Origin: a virus
Taxonomy: Duplodnaviria; Caudoviricetes
Strand: one strand, 5' to 3'
IMG/VR virus record: IMGVR_UViG_3300049259_000040
Location: 1-58,368 of that record
Length of the DNA: 58,368 nucleotides
The position numbers and the translations under genes are program-made. Below, piece after piece: positions 45,470 through 55,639 of the stretch. How positions within the stretch are numbered: the first letter of the stretch is position 1; each line of letters begins with the position of its first letter. The notes under the pieces are model-generated. The model saw only the letters and a list, made by a program, of their open reading frames with translations. It was not told where the DNA came from and searched no databases.

Positions 45470-45891
45470 ATGGCCTCAGCCTTGTCAGCGACCTCGTTGG
45501 CCGCTGTGTTCGGCCGACGGATGCGCGGCTTGCCCTTGTCGCTGCGCTCGACACGCGGCTTGCGTACCTTCAACTTCGCTAGTTGCGCTTCGTCGAGCAT
45601 ACCGAGCGCGCGCTCCTCCGCAGCGAGCGCTGCCTTTTTGGCGGTCACCTCGGCGCGCAGACGCTTCTGGCAATCGAAAGCGAGCTCGCGGGCGAACTGC
45701 AAGCCCTCGGCGTCGAGGTCCTCGAACACGATCTCTAGGTTGTGGCGTTTCTCATCTGTCATCATGTCGTCTCCTTCATCGGCGCGGCACCAACGTGTGC
45801 CGTTCCAAAAGTCGTCACCGTCATCGCGGCCGTACATCGTCTCGTTCGCGTCAGCTGCCCAGTCGACGCTCAGGTGTTGGTCCGGCGTCAT
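45466..45891 (-). CDS. Coiled-coil protein with RSDKGKPR basic DNA-binding motif
   Basis: RKPRVERSDKGKPR. Confidence 0.6.
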   Translation of the reverse strand: MTPDQHLSVDWAADANETMYGRDDGDDFWNGTRWCRADEGDDMMTDEKRHNLEIVFEDLDAEGLQFARELAFDCQKRLRAEVTAKKAALAAEERALGMLDEAQLAKLKVRKPRVERSDKGKPRIRRPNTAANEVADKAEAI

Positions 45892-46379
45892 GGCTCGTCT
45901 TTCAGCGCTGGGCGTACGTATCGGCCGGCCGCGAGCGAGTTCGCACGTTCTTCCTCAAGCTCATCACGCAGCCGGCGCACTTCGGACTCAGCGTCCAGCG
46001 CGCGGACTTGGTACTTATCCGCCTCGTCGTGAGCGCGTTCCAGGCGTCTCGCGGCATCGTTCAGCGCGTCATTTAGTGCCCGGAGAGCCTCCTTGTGCTC
46101 GTCACGGGCTTTGATATCGCATGCGTCCCTCAACGCGGCTTCGAGTTGGAGCGCAGCGCCGGTCCAATCGTCGCCGATGATTCGCGCCTTCCATTTGTCA
46201 GGCAGCGCCTCGACGCGCGCGAGCTTGGTTTGCAGCTGATAGAGCTGCTCGTGCGTTTCTCCTGCGCGCTCTTCGCCGTCAAGCTGACGAAGCCGGCGCA
46301 CTTCGCACGCTAGCGGGTCAATGCTCGACGCCTTGGCAAGCGCGCTCTCTACTTCGTCTCGTGATGGGATGTACGTCAT
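45888..46379 (-). CDS. MTYIPSRDEV-family coiled-coil protein, copy 2
   Basis: Shares segments with 43425-43775 and 40885-41256. Confidence 0.7.
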   Translation of the reverse strand: MTYIPSRDEVESALAKASSIDPLACEVRRLRQLDGEERAGETHEQLYQLQTKLARVEALPDKWKARIIGDDWTGAALQLEAALRDACDIKARDEHKEALRALNDALNDAARRLERAHDEADKYQVRALDAESEVRRLRDELEEERANSLAAGRYVRPALKDEP

Positions 46380-46384
46380 GGCTG
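46294..46384. repeat. 91-bp direct repeat, copy 2
   Basis: Direct comparison with 43690-43780. Confidence 0.9.
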
Positions 46385-48640
46385 CACCTCGAAGTCTTCG
46401 CCGCAAATCTTGTTGAGTCGTTCGGGCGCGTAGCAGCTGGGATGCTCAAGATTGAGCGCCTTCAGTTGCTTGACGGTGCGCGTGGTCAGTCCGGCTTCGA
46501 ATGCTTGCGCGCATGGGAAGTCCCAGTGCCAGCACGACGCGCGCAAGCACTCGTCGCAAACCGTCACCTGGACGTCATCGGTGTACGGCTTGCTCATGGG
46601 TGCGCTCCTCCAAGTCCGCGGTGCATCACTCCGCACTCAGCGCAGTACGCCGTCGCGCGTTCCCAGTCGGCGCCGTCGATCACGACTTGCTGCGTGCGTA
46701 TCGTCTTCTTGTCGAGCTGGTGGAACAGCGAGTCGTCGATGTCGAGCAGCAGGCTGACCTTGATGCGCCAGCGCGGACGCTCGCACTTGCACGTGCCGCG
46801 GCTGGTGGCGGCAAGGCCGATCGGCTTCTTGCGCGCGCTCATGACTTTACCTCGCACTCACCGCTCAACAGCCGCCGGGCCGCGTTCGCTGCTTTGGCGC
46901 TTGTGCACGCTGCTAGGACCCGAATAGGTCGACTGTGCCTGCCGACGTATCGGTGCTCGAGCACGAAGAACTTCCCGCGCGTCTCAGGCTTCACGAAGCC
47001 ATCACGGTCGTAAAATGGCCCGCGATCAACGACGAGACGCGGCGGTTCCAGGTCGCTTTGGATGGTCATGGCTTCGGCTCCCAGCGCAGCAGCCACACCG
47101 CGACGATCTTCTGATCGCTATCGATGAGATCGATGTCGTCGTTTTCGAGGATGTCGATCGCCTGTGCTTCGCGCGTCTTGCGCCAGTCGGCGCCGGACGA
47201 TGTCGCGACATAGCTCTTGTCGCCCTGACGCGACTCGCGCCATTGACGCTCGCGGTCTGTAGAGGCGGCCAACTCGGCCTCCAGCTCCTTGATGCGTTGA
47301 AGCGACTCCGTGGCCTCAGCGCTGACCTCGTCGTACATCCTGGCGAGTTCTTCGAGGCGCTTCCCTTGCAACTCGATGATGTTCGCTTGGCGGGCGACCA
47401 GCGACCTCTCGGTGGCCAGTTCGGCTCTCCACTGCTCGATCGCGCGGGCCTTCTCGTCCAGCTCCGCCAGCGCCAGCTCGCGCGCTGCGTTCAGTCGTTT
47501 GCCTAATGTTCTTGTGCCCTCCAAGTCGGCACGTAGTTCGTCGCGCTCGCGCGTCAGCTCGGCGTTGTCCGCTCTGCAGGCTGACAGCGCGTCGTCGGTC
47601 TGCTGCAATGCCTGTTCTGCCACGAGCTTGCCAGCACGCGCGATGCTCACCTCGACGTGAGCCTCGTCGCGCTCGCGTTGCAGCCGCTCGATCGTGCCGT
47701 TCAGATCCGCGATGACGTTTCCCTGCAAGACGCACGTTTGCCGGTACGGGTCGTCGCTGAGCCCTGCGTGCGCTCGATTCATTGCCATCTGCCTTGCGTC
47801 GTCTTCGGTCGTCATGCTGCGCTCTCCTCTGCGTCTCGCTTGCCGAGCTCGCGGCTAATCTCGTCCTTCAGCTGTCGCAATTCTCGGCGCCGAATCCTGA
47901 CCGCCTCCCTGCGCTCCCTGATGCGTTGGAGCTCGTGCGCGATCTGAGTCTCCTCAAGCTTCGCGTACTGCCGCGCGCGCTCGATGGGGTCGATGATGAC
48001 GAAGTCGCGTCCGTTCGCGTCTGTGAGCACTATCTGTGCGCTCGTGATGTCTGCAAATCCCATGTTGTTTCCCCGTTCGTCGTGAGTTGTCAGGTCAGAT
48101 GACCGCGCGCCGTGCTTGGCGCATCGGCTCGTCGGCGCCGATGAAGTCCATCGTCAGGTCGGCCAGCGCCATGTCGCGCTCGCGCTCTGTGATGACGCGC
48201 TCTTCGTACATCTGCTGCAGTTCCTCGCGCTTCGCTTTGTACTCTTCGTAGTCCATGTCTCTCTCTCCTCACTCCGCCCAGCACGCGCTGATGCGTGGCA
48301 GGCCGTTGTGCTCCAATGCCTCGTCAAACCCTTCGCGCACGAAGGGCAGGGCTCTTGCTGTCGTCTCCTCGTTGCCAGGGATGAGCCAGATGAGATCGGC
48401 GTCGGTGACCACGTCGTAGCTGTCGTCTGCGAGCTCGCACGCGGCCCTCCATTGCTCGTAGGCGCGTTCGCCTAGCTCACGGGCCTTGCGCTGTTCGGCG
48501 AGCGTTAGAGGCGGTAGGATGCGAACGTGGGAAGAATGACTATGGAGAGGACCCGATGATTCGTGCACCGGGTCCTCTCCACTTCCCCGTCCATCACCTC
48601 TCGGTGCTCCTGTCGCGATGACGGCTGCTTGCGTTGTCAT
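46376..48640 (-). other. Leftward early genes: 46376-46597, 46594-46843, 46839-47069, 47066-47815 (long coiled coil), 47812-48063, 48269-48640
   Basis: ATGA coupling; GAACGGGGAAAC before 48063. Confidence 0.65.
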
Positions 48641-49449
48641 CGCTGAATCTCCTGCGCCCTCGCACTCGGTCGCTTTACCTTAGCCTCAGGTTTTAGGCGG
48701 CGCTGATATTCCATCGCGCACGTTCGGCACACGCGCGAGCCGTGGCGGCTTGGCCGAAAGTAAACGTTCTCTGGCGTGTACTCATGCCCGCGAGCGCAGT
48801 GCGTCTTCTTGGGTTTAGGCCAAGCGTTCTTCCGCCGAGCCGACTCTCGGCTTTTCGTCCGTAGGCACTCAGCACATCTGCGCCTGAGCTTGCCGCGGTC
48901 AGCGCGGAAAATTAGGTTGGATCCAAAGAACGGATGACCTTTCACGCAGTGCGTCCGCAGTGCCGGTCCGCTGTTCCTCGCGTTTTGCTGATGCGTGACA
49001 GCGCGAATGCACCTGAGCGCGACACAGTTCCTATTGCGGCACTCGTGGTCGAGTTCAAGCCCGGCAGGCACGGAACCGTTGGCCAGTTCCCACGCGACGT
49101 GGTGGGCGAACCGTAGGACGTTGTGAGGCTTCCCATTCTTCGAAAAACGGACGTTGCTGTATCCGACGGTGACGACTCCGTACCCAGCTTTGTGCTTTCT
49201 CTTTGATGTCCAAAACACACAGCCGTTCGGCTGTGGTGACGAGTAGCGATCGATTACTTTTCGTAGGTCGTCGTCGGAACGAAGTCTGACGCCAGGCTGA
49301 GTTCCGAACTTCCCAGGGCCACGTAGTGAGGACCAGTGCTCGCCCGGAGCAAGCAATCTCTTCTCGCGATTGAGGACCGAAACGTCGTCGTAAGGCATCT
49401 TCGGAGACCCCTTGTAGCTCGAACCCAACTGGGTTGCGACCCAATACAT
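48637..49449 (-). CDS. HNH homing-endonuclease-like protein with two C-terminal Zn-binding repeats
   Basis: GCVFW...GYG...AHHVAW...LDHECRNRNCV...VT..QN; THC.KGH/THC.RGH...R.C..C twice. Confidence 0.85.
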   Translation of the reverse strand: MYWVATQLGSSYKGSPKMPYDDVSVLNREKRLLAPGEHWSSLRGPGKFGTQPGVRLRSDDDLRKVIDRYSSPQPNGCVFWTSKRKHKAGYGVVTVGYSNVRFSKNGKPHNVLRFAHHVAWELANGSVPAGLELDHECRNRNCVALRCIRAVTHQQNARNSGPALRTHCVKGHPFFGSNLIFRADRGKLRRRCAECLRTKSRESARRKNAWPKPKKTHCARGHEYTPENVYFRPSRHGSRVCRTCAMEYQRRLKPEAKVKRPSARAQEIQR

Positions 49450-49775
49450 CTGTCACGGACGCATGGAGAGCGCAACCCATCTGTCAGGATTTATTCTGCC
49501 GAACTGGTTCGTTCGGAGCCCAGACGGGTCCTAAGGCAACAAAACCGCCACGTGTGGCTCATAGCCACTACTCTAGGCGGCACGTGTGGTTGCGTTACAC
49601 ACACGTTGCAAAAGCGTCGATCTCATACCTGTGGTCGTAAGCAAGGATGTCATCGTTTGCTCAGAGCTGAGGCAAAGAGGAGCTAATGCGTCATCTCTCC
49701 CTCAATGACGCTGAAACTCTGTGATGTGAAATCCGCTACGCCCCCGCGCGCGGTCTTCTAGTCTACGTGGCTAGG

Positions 49776-50216
49776 TTACCCACGATTTGCCGTGAAAGGG
49801 TGCCTCGTGAGCTCACGCACGGCTTGCGTGAGTGCGGCTACCTGACCTTTCAGTTCCTTCACTTCCTTGTCCCTCTCTTGTTCCCGGCGCTCCTTCCTCG
49901 CCGCATCCAAACTGAATACGTTGTGTATCAGGTCACCAACATCGACCGGCTCTTCGAGCTCCGAGAAGAAAAATTTCGGATCGATGTTTAAATGATCAAT
50001 CACGCCTTGAATGATCGAGTCGCCGATTCCCCGGCGTCCAGAGCTTTCGACGTTGGTCCATTTGCTGATGAAGCTCTCGTGGCACCCAATGGCGGTAGCT
50101 ATCTCGGACTGGCTCATCTTTTTCCGCCCGCGCTGCTCGTCTCCCCTTTGTAGGTAGATAAGTAGCTGGTTGAACCGGGATGCCGCCCTGGTGATTCGGG
50201 GTGGTGGAGGTGCCAT
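49776..50216 (-). CDS. CI-like repressor (XRE HTH)
   Basis: MSQSEIATAIGCHESFISKW; divergent from the Cro-like gene. Confidence 0.75.
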   Translation of the reverse strand: MAPPPPRITRAASRFNQLLIYLQRGDEQRGRKKMSQSEIATAIGCHESFISKWTNVESSGRRGIGDSIIQGVIDHLNIDPKFFFSELEEPVDVGDLIHNVFSLDAARKERREQERDKEVKELKGQVAALTQAVRELTRHPFTANRG

Positions 50217-50253
50217 ATGTCTCAGCTTCCCCCGAGACGACGTGCCAGTGGGC

Positions 50254-50281
50254 TTGACTTGAGGAACCCATTTGTCATGCT
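50254..50281 (+). promoter_or_regulatory. PR-like promoter TTGACT-N16-CATGCT
   Basis: Between cI and cro. Confidence 0.55.
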
Positions 50282-50314
50282 CTCGCTGTGCAGAGCCCAA
50301 CAACAACGGACGCC

Positions 50315-50542
50315 ATGGCGGAAGACCCGCACACCAGGCTTCGCGAACTGCGGATTGCAAACTCGCTGACGCAGGAGAAGGCGGCCGAGCGATTCGGCTG
50401 TGCCGCCTCCTACATCTCTAAGATCGAGAACAGGGAGCGCGTCCCCGGTCGACGTATCGCTAAGAGAATCGAGGTCGTCACAACGAAGCTCGGCGATCCG
50501 ATTCTCGTAGGTGACTGGGACGACGAAGATTTCGAGGACTGA
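50315..50542 (+). CDS. Cro-like XRE HTH regulator
   Basis: LRELR...LTQEKAAERFGCAASYISKIENRERVP. Confidence 0.85.
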   Translation: MAEDPHTRLRELRIANSLTQEKAAERFGCAASYISKIENRERVPGRRIAKRIEVVTTKLGDPILVGDWDDEDFED

Positions 50543-50888
50543 CCCATGCGCGTACTGTGCATCTCGCATGGACCACTGTTGTCGCCGACGCGCATAGCCG
50601 GGGCAAGCCCACGCATAGCGCAATCGCGTTGCAATACGTTGGCTTGGTCACTCTCGTACACAGCGAGCAATACGAAGATTGCGCACGTTGGAACGGCGCC
50701 CGGTAATCCCGGCCACCGTTCGAGCAGGCGCAACAGCATGTCCCCCCGTGCTCGCGCCCGTTCGCTGAGGTCGCCGCCGCTGTCTTAGCTCGCGTTACGA
50801 CGCGCTGAGCTTGGCGTCTGTCAGCGGCGGCGCCTCGGAGTAGTGTCCGCATTTGAGCATACAACTGTAATCATTGGAGAATACGCTG

Positions 50889-51083
50889 ATGGCAAAGCCA
50901 AAAGGGAGCACGGACGCAGCGCTCGCGTACGACGCGAAGAGGCAAGCGCAGAAGCGCGCTGCGTCGCGGTCGACTCGCGGGTGGACGCAGGAGCAGGAGA
51001 CGCCTGGCGAGCACGAGCGGCGCAAGCACGCCGAGCTTGAGGCGTACGGACAGCTGAGCATCTTCAACAGGACAGAGGTGTAG
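50889..51083 (+). CDS. Small basic hypothetical protein (cII position)
   Basis: GGAG RBS; between cro and the initiator. Confidence 0.55.
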   Translation: MAKPKGSTDAALAYDAKRQAQKRAASRSTRGWTQEQETPGEHERRKHAELEAYGQLSIFNRTEV

Positions 51084-51093
51084 CGGTGGCCAA

Positions 51094-51133
51094 GAAACGA
51101 AAAACCCCGCCAAGGGTGAAGACCTCGGCAGGG
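51094..51133 (-). terminator. Rho-independent terminator (minus strand)
   Basis: CCCTGCCGAGG-loop-CCTTGGCGGGG-TTTTTCGTTT. Confidence 0.7.
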
Positions 51134-51202
51134 CAAACAAACAATCGACCTATCCAAAAGCTAACACGCTCGACGCTGAGCGCAAGCGGCGAGGTTGGTT
51201 GA

Positions 51203-52135
51203 ATGGATTTCTCGAACGAGAGCTACGTGCGTCTTTACACGCGCGACACGACTACGTGGAAGCGACTCGAGTGGGACGGTCAGAACGTGCTCATGCAGAT
51301 CCTGCGAAAGCTGGATAGGGCGGGTGTTCTCGACCTGGAAGGCATGGACCCGATAGCTGCAGTTGTCATGCACACGGGTGGCCCGACGAAGACCATCGAA
51401 GTCGCATTGGGGCGTCTCGTGTCACTCGGCGTCGTTGTCATAGATGACGACCGACTCATCTTCCCAAAGTTCATCGAAGCGCAAGAAGCGAACAAGACCG
51501 ACAAGCAACGGCAGAAGGAATGCCGCGAGCGCCGCCGTTCTCTTCGAAACCATGACGTCGACAAGCTAGAAGAGTCACAAAACGTGACTAAATGTCACGC
51601 GAGTCACGCGCTCGGTCACACGGTCACAAACGCTGTCACACGCGTCACGCCGGATGTCACTCTTAACTCTGCAGGGCAGTGCAACGCCGAGCGTGTCTCT
51701 AACACTCCGTCACAAATCGTGACTCCCCCCGAAGGGCGGGCACGATTGAAGACCCCCAGCTTTGAAAGGCCGCCAGTCGGGGAGGCGCCTCCAGACCTGC
51801 CACCTCCCGAGCCTCTCCTCGTAGCTCGCATCCGCAAGGAGTACAGCGAGCGCTACCTGCAGAAGTACGCAGCTGCTGCGCCGTCCGACAACTGGGCGGA
51901 GCGGGAGCTTGAGAAGTGGTGCAACCAGTCGTCCGGCCCTCGCGGCTGCACTCCAGCCGAACTCGTCGTCAAGCTGCTTGATGGGTTGTTCGCGACGAAG
52001 AACGCGAACGTGATTCGTCTCAAGCACAAGCTTGGATGCGTCGTGAAGAACCCGCTCGAGTTCCTCGATGGCGTCGAGCCCGACGTCAGGGTCATGCCGT
52101 ACCACCTACGCGACCTCGATGCGGGGATGCGATGA
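51203..52135 (+). CDS. Replication initiator (replisome organiser)
   Basis: N-terminal wHTH-like domain, KQRQKECRERRR, internal VT repeats, upstream of dnaB. Confidence 0.75.
   Translation: MDFSNESYVRLYTRDTTTWKRLEWDGQNVLMQILRKLDRAGVLDLEGMDPIAAVVMHTGGPTKTIEVALGRLVSLGVVVIDDDRLIFPKFIEAQEANKTDKQRQKECRERRRSLRNHDVDKLEESQNVTKCHASHALGHTVTNAVTRVTPDVTLNSAGQCNAERVSNTPSQIVTPPEGRARLKTPSFERPPVGEAPPDLPPPEPLLVARIRKEYSERYLQKYAAAAPSDNWAERELEKWCNQSSGPRGCTPAELVVKLLDGLFATKNANVIRLKHKLGCVVKNPLEFLDGVEPDVRVMPYHLRDLDAGMR
51574..51723 (+). repeat. Replication-origin iterons (GTCAC)
   Basis: Eight direct GTCAC in 51574-51660 spaced mostly 8-12 bp; palindromes GTCACAAA(A/T)CGTGAC at 51574 and 51709. Confidence 0.7.
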
Positions 52136-53439
52136 AGAACGCCCAACCGTTCCCGAGTAACCTCCTGCTCGAACGCAAGGTCATCGAGGGACTGGTCAAC
52201 CTCGAGGCTGACTTCGCCGAAGCGCTGGAGCTCAGCGCTGACTGCTTCTACGACCGCACGCATCAGCGTGTGTTTGAGATCTGCAAAGCGCTGCAGTCGC
52301 AGAAGCGACCTGCAGACCAAGTGCTCGTGCTCGAGCAGCTCGGCGACGACCCGGATGCACGCCCCTTCGTAGCCTCTCTCGGCTTCCCACCGAGTCAGAA
52401 CCTGGGCGCTTGGTGCGAGCAGCTGCGAGCGTTGCGAACGTTGCGCAAGACCATCGAAGCCGGATTGCGACTTGCAGCTCTCGGCTTCGAGTCCGCCGAC
52501 GACCCGAGCGCCTACCTCGACCAAGCGTCGAAGATGTTCGCCGAGGCGCTGAACACTCGGTCGTGCAACGCCCAGATTCAGCCGATGGACTCGATCATGG
52601 GCGAGGTCATGGAGGACCTGCGCTCGAAAGAGGCCAACGCGGCTACGAGGATTCTCTCCACCGGCTTCTTTCAGCTCGACCATGCACTGGGTGGTCTGGA
52701 GCCTGGAAGGGTCTACGTGGTCGCTGGGCGCACCGGGATGGGCAAGTCCGCCCTCGCCAACCAGATAGCCATGCTTGTCTCATCCATGGGACATCGTGTG
52801 CTCGCTTTCAACCTAGAGATGACGCCGAAAGAGGTTGGTCGGCGTATGGTCTCGGTCGCTGCCGGCGTCGACGGTCGCGCTCTGAAGCGAGGCAAGCTCA
52901 GCGAACTCGAAGCCAAGCGAGCCACGCGTTCTGCTGAGAAGATTGCAGGCTTTCCGCTCGAGTATCCGCGCACGACGGACATCACGATCGAGGAGTTGCG
53001 GCGCACAGCGCGCTCGCGCATGTCGGACGGTTTGCGCTTGGTCGTTGTCGACTACCTGCAGCAAGTGAAGACGGCTGAGCATCTAGAGAGCCGCGAGCAA
53101 TCGGTCGCAGCGGTCAGCCGTGGGCTCAAGCAGATGGCGCTGGAGCTGGAGATTCCGGTCATAGCCGTCGCGCAGCTGAATCGCGACTCGGAGAAGCGCG
53201 CGTCGCAGAAGCCAGGTCTTGCTGACCTGCGCGAGTCGGGAGCGATCGAGAACGATGCCGACGTCGTCTGCCTTCTCTATAGGGACGAGTATTACAACCA
53301 GCAGACGAAGGAGCCTGGAACTTGCGACGTCATCGTTGCGAAGAATCGCGACGGTGAGACTGGCGTTAGCAAGATGCTGTTTGAGAAGCAGTTCACGCGC
53401 TTCAAGGACCGAATCACCTCGGAGGCGAGCCATGGATGA
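52132..53439 (+). CDS. dnaB: Replicative DNA helicase
   Basis: AGRTGMGKS, FNLEM, VVDYLQ, AQLNR, DLRESGAIENDAD, AKNRDG. Confidence 0.95.
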   Translation: MKNAQPFPSNLLLERKVIEGLVNLEADFAEALELSADCFYDRTHQRVFEICKALQSQKRPADQVLVLEQLGDDPDARPFVASLGFPPSQNLGAWCEQLRALRTLRKTIEAGLRLAALGFESADDPSAYLDQASKMFAEALNTRSCNAQIQPMDSIMGEVMEDLRSKEANAATRILSTGFFQLDHALGGLEPGRVYVVAGRTGMGKSALANQIAMLVSSMGHRVLAFNLEMTPKEVGRRMVSVAAGVDGRALKRGKLSELEAKRATRSAEKIAGFPLEYPRTTDITIEELRRTARSRMSDGLRLVVVDYLQQVKTAEHLESREQSVAAVSRGLKQMALELEIPVIAVAQLNRDSEKRASQKPGLADLRESGAIENDADVVCLLYRDEYYNQQTKEPGTCDVIVAKNRDGETGVSKMLFEKQFTRFKDRITSEASHG

Positions 53440-53887
53440 CTCCGAGTTCGATGCCATCAAGTCGCGAATCGAAGCTGCGGCGCTCGTCCTTCGCAAAAGA
53501 GGCTACGGGCATTTCGATCCGGGTGAGCTCGGCTCTCCTGTAGAGCTCGCTCCGGACGTTATCGAACGCCTGGAGAATAGGCTCGACGATGACGCGCGCG
53601 GATTCTGCGAGCGCATGATCGAGCCGCTCAAGATGAAGGAGCCGCGTCTTCGGTGCGAGCAGTGCCGCGTTGCAGACCTCGGTCTGTGCGACGTGTGCAG
53701 CGCCGCCTTTCATGATGCGCGGAAAGTGCCGATCGAGACGACGCTGCCGCTCGATCAGGAGCTGCTGTCGCAGAACGCCGAGCATCAAATGCGGGTCGAG
53801 GCCAGCGTCAAATATCTGGAGATACTGCGGGAGCACCAGGCACAGGAACAGCGTGAGCTGCGAGCTGCGCTCAAGAACAGAAAGTAA
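53432..53887 (+). CDS. Zinc-finger protein
   Basis: CEQC...LCDVC. Confidence 0.6.
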   Translation: MDDSEFDAIKSRIEAAALVLRKRGYGHFDPGELGSPVELAPDVIERLENRLDDDARGFCERMIEPLKMKEPRLRCEQCRVADLGLCDVCSAAFHDARKVPIETTLPLDQELLSQNAEHQMRVEASVKYLEILREHQAQEQRELRAALKNRK

Positions 53888-53898
53888 CGGGGAAAGAC

Positions 53899-54153
53899 AT
53901 GTCAGACCAAACGACGATGATGGAGCGGCTCATTGAAGCCGCGAAGGATAGGGCAGCGGACCTCGCTGCACTGGTGCTGTTCGAACTGGTAGGGCTGAAC
54001 GACCGCGTGCTGCGCAGGTACGGTCGGCTGACGATGACGCGCATCACGCGAGAGATGCAGCGGATCTCTCAGCAGCAGCAGTCGATGGCGTATGGCTGCC
54101 AGGACCCGGACTGCCCAGAGTGCAGGCAGCAGCGCCAGCTCGAGGTGAACTGA
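53899..54153 (+). CDS. Small protein with CxDPDCxxC
   Basis: AACGGGGAAAG RBS variant. Confidence 0.6.
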   Translation: MSDQTTMMERLIEAAKDRAADLAALVLFELVGLNDRVLRRYGRLTMTRITREMQRISQQQQSMAYGCQDPDCPECRQQRQLEVN

Positions 54154-54944
54154 TGGAGCCGACGAACCGCATGTCGGCAGCAGACGCCGCCAAGTTCCGC
54201 GCAAGCGTGCAGGGCGGTCAGCCTGCTGCGAAGAAAGCCAGCAAGCGCCCGAGGCCGCGAGGTGGCCACAAGACCGAGCGACTCATCGACCCGTCGCACG
54301 AATCGCGCGAAGGCGGCACGATTCAAATCATCGAAGTGCCCTGCTATCTCGCAGGCGCGAACGAACTGATCGGCTGGTACAAGAACAACCTCGACTGGCT
54401 CGCCGACAAGACGCGTCGCGAGGCGCGCACGAAGGTCATCGAGACGCTGCACCGGTTCCTGCCCGAGTGGTGCGTCGACCTCACGGCCAGCGAGCTCGCC
54501 AGCGGCAACGCTGCCAAGCTGCGCAGCCAGGTCAACTTCATCGTCCTGTCGCGCGTCAGTCCCGACGAGCTCGACGACGACAACGCGGAGTCAGCGCTGA
54601 AGGGCGTGCGTGACACCGTGACCTCGTGGCTCAAGTTCGGCGGCTTCACGATGGACGTGAAGGTCAAAGGCAAGAGCTACAAGCGCTGGATGATCCAAAA
54701 CGCGGAGGGCAAGGTCAGCGAGTTCGCGCTCTCTGGCATCGGCCACAACGACTCGGGTGTGTTCCACGCCGAGAACAACCCGCGAGGTGATCTGCAACTC
54801 GCGTACATGCAGACCATCAGACCAGCGACCAAGTACCGCCAGCGCACGCTCACCGAAATGCGTGCGGGCGTCATCGCGCAGAAGTATCAGCCAGGTCGCT
54901 ACGGCGTGCGGATCGAGCTGCACAAGCGATTGCCCACCGAGTGA
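54153..54944 (+). CDS. RusA-like Holliday junction resolvase with insertions
   Basis: LDDDNAESALKGVRD...GHNDS...VRIEL pattern downstream of dnaB. Confidence 0.55.
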   Translation: MEPTNRMSAADAAKFRASVQGGQPAAKKASKRPRPRGGHKTERLIDPSHESREGGTIQIIEVPCYLAGANELIGWYKNNLDWLADKTRREARTKVIETLHRFLPEWCVDLTASELASGNAAKLRSQVNFIVLSRVSPDELDDDNAESALKGVRDTVTSWLKFGGFTMDVKVKGKSYKRWMIQNAEGKVSEFALSGIGHNDSGVFHAENNPRGDLQLAYMQTIRPATKYRQRTLTEMRAGVIAQKYQPGRYGVRIELHKRLPTE

Positions 54945-55030
54945 CACAATCGACCTAACACCAACCAATAGCTATTGACTCAATGCCATGTACGACATCA
55001 AGATAACAAATCACGAACGGGGAAACGTTC

Positions 55031-55222
55031 ATGGATAAGACAGCTGAGGCACGTGCAGAGGGGTTAGACCTCGTTGACGACTTGCGCGCGCACATATTCC
55101 GCGCAGTGCGTCACGGTCTGAAGATCGATAGGTGGACGCTGGAAGCGCAACTGCGCGCGTCGTGCGACTTGCTCGCACTCGCCGGCCACATCGTCGATGC
55201 CGAACCGGAGAACGACCAATGA
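55031..55222 (+). CDS. Hypothetical protein
   Basis: Motif RBS; TTGACT promoter-like site at 54975. Confidence 0.65.
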   Translation: MDKTAEARAEGLDLVDDLRAHIFRAVRHGLKIDRWTLEAQLRASCDLLALAGHIVDAEPENDQ

Positions 55223-55427
55223 CGCTGCCGTCAGTCGATCTCGTGTGCGCAGTCTCCATGTTCATGCTCGGCATGGCCGTAGCGATGAAGTTCATCGAGT
55301 CGCTGCCGTGAAGCGCGTGCTGCGCTTGACGCGCCGCAACGTGGCCTTCTGGGGTTTGCTTGCGCTGCTCAGCGTGGCTGCTGGGTACTGCGCAACGCTG
55401 CATCTAACGATCTGGGCGGTGTCATGA
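55219..55427 (+). CDS. Small membrane protein
   Basis: C-terminal TM helix; ATGA coupling. Confidence 0.55.
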
Positions 55428-55639
55428 CGTACTTGATGAGCGAACTGAAATCGATGGGCGTGTCGGAACTCGGCATCAAGATGCGTGAGTTCCGGCGTCT
55501 GCGAAGGTTGCGCCAAATCGACTTGGCAAAGAACCTCGGGATATCGGTCGACATCGTCCGTAAGCTCGAAGTCGGTAAGAAGCATCCGGACGAGCAGATG
55601 CGTTCGAGCATAGAAGCGCAGCTGGAGTTGATTACGTAG
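55424..55639 (+). CDS. XRE HTH protein
   Basis: LRQIDLAKNLGISVDIVRKLEVGKKHP. Confidence 0.85.
   Translation: MTYLMSELKSMGVSELGIKMREFRRLRRLRQIDLAKNLGISVDIVRKLEVGKKHPDEQMRSSIEAQLELIT

Noticed and set aside
43690-46384. Diversity-generating retroelement TR/VR pair
   Set aside because: No reverse transcriptase in the genome; only 3 mismatches, not all at adenines of one copy; the repeat is at gene 5' ends
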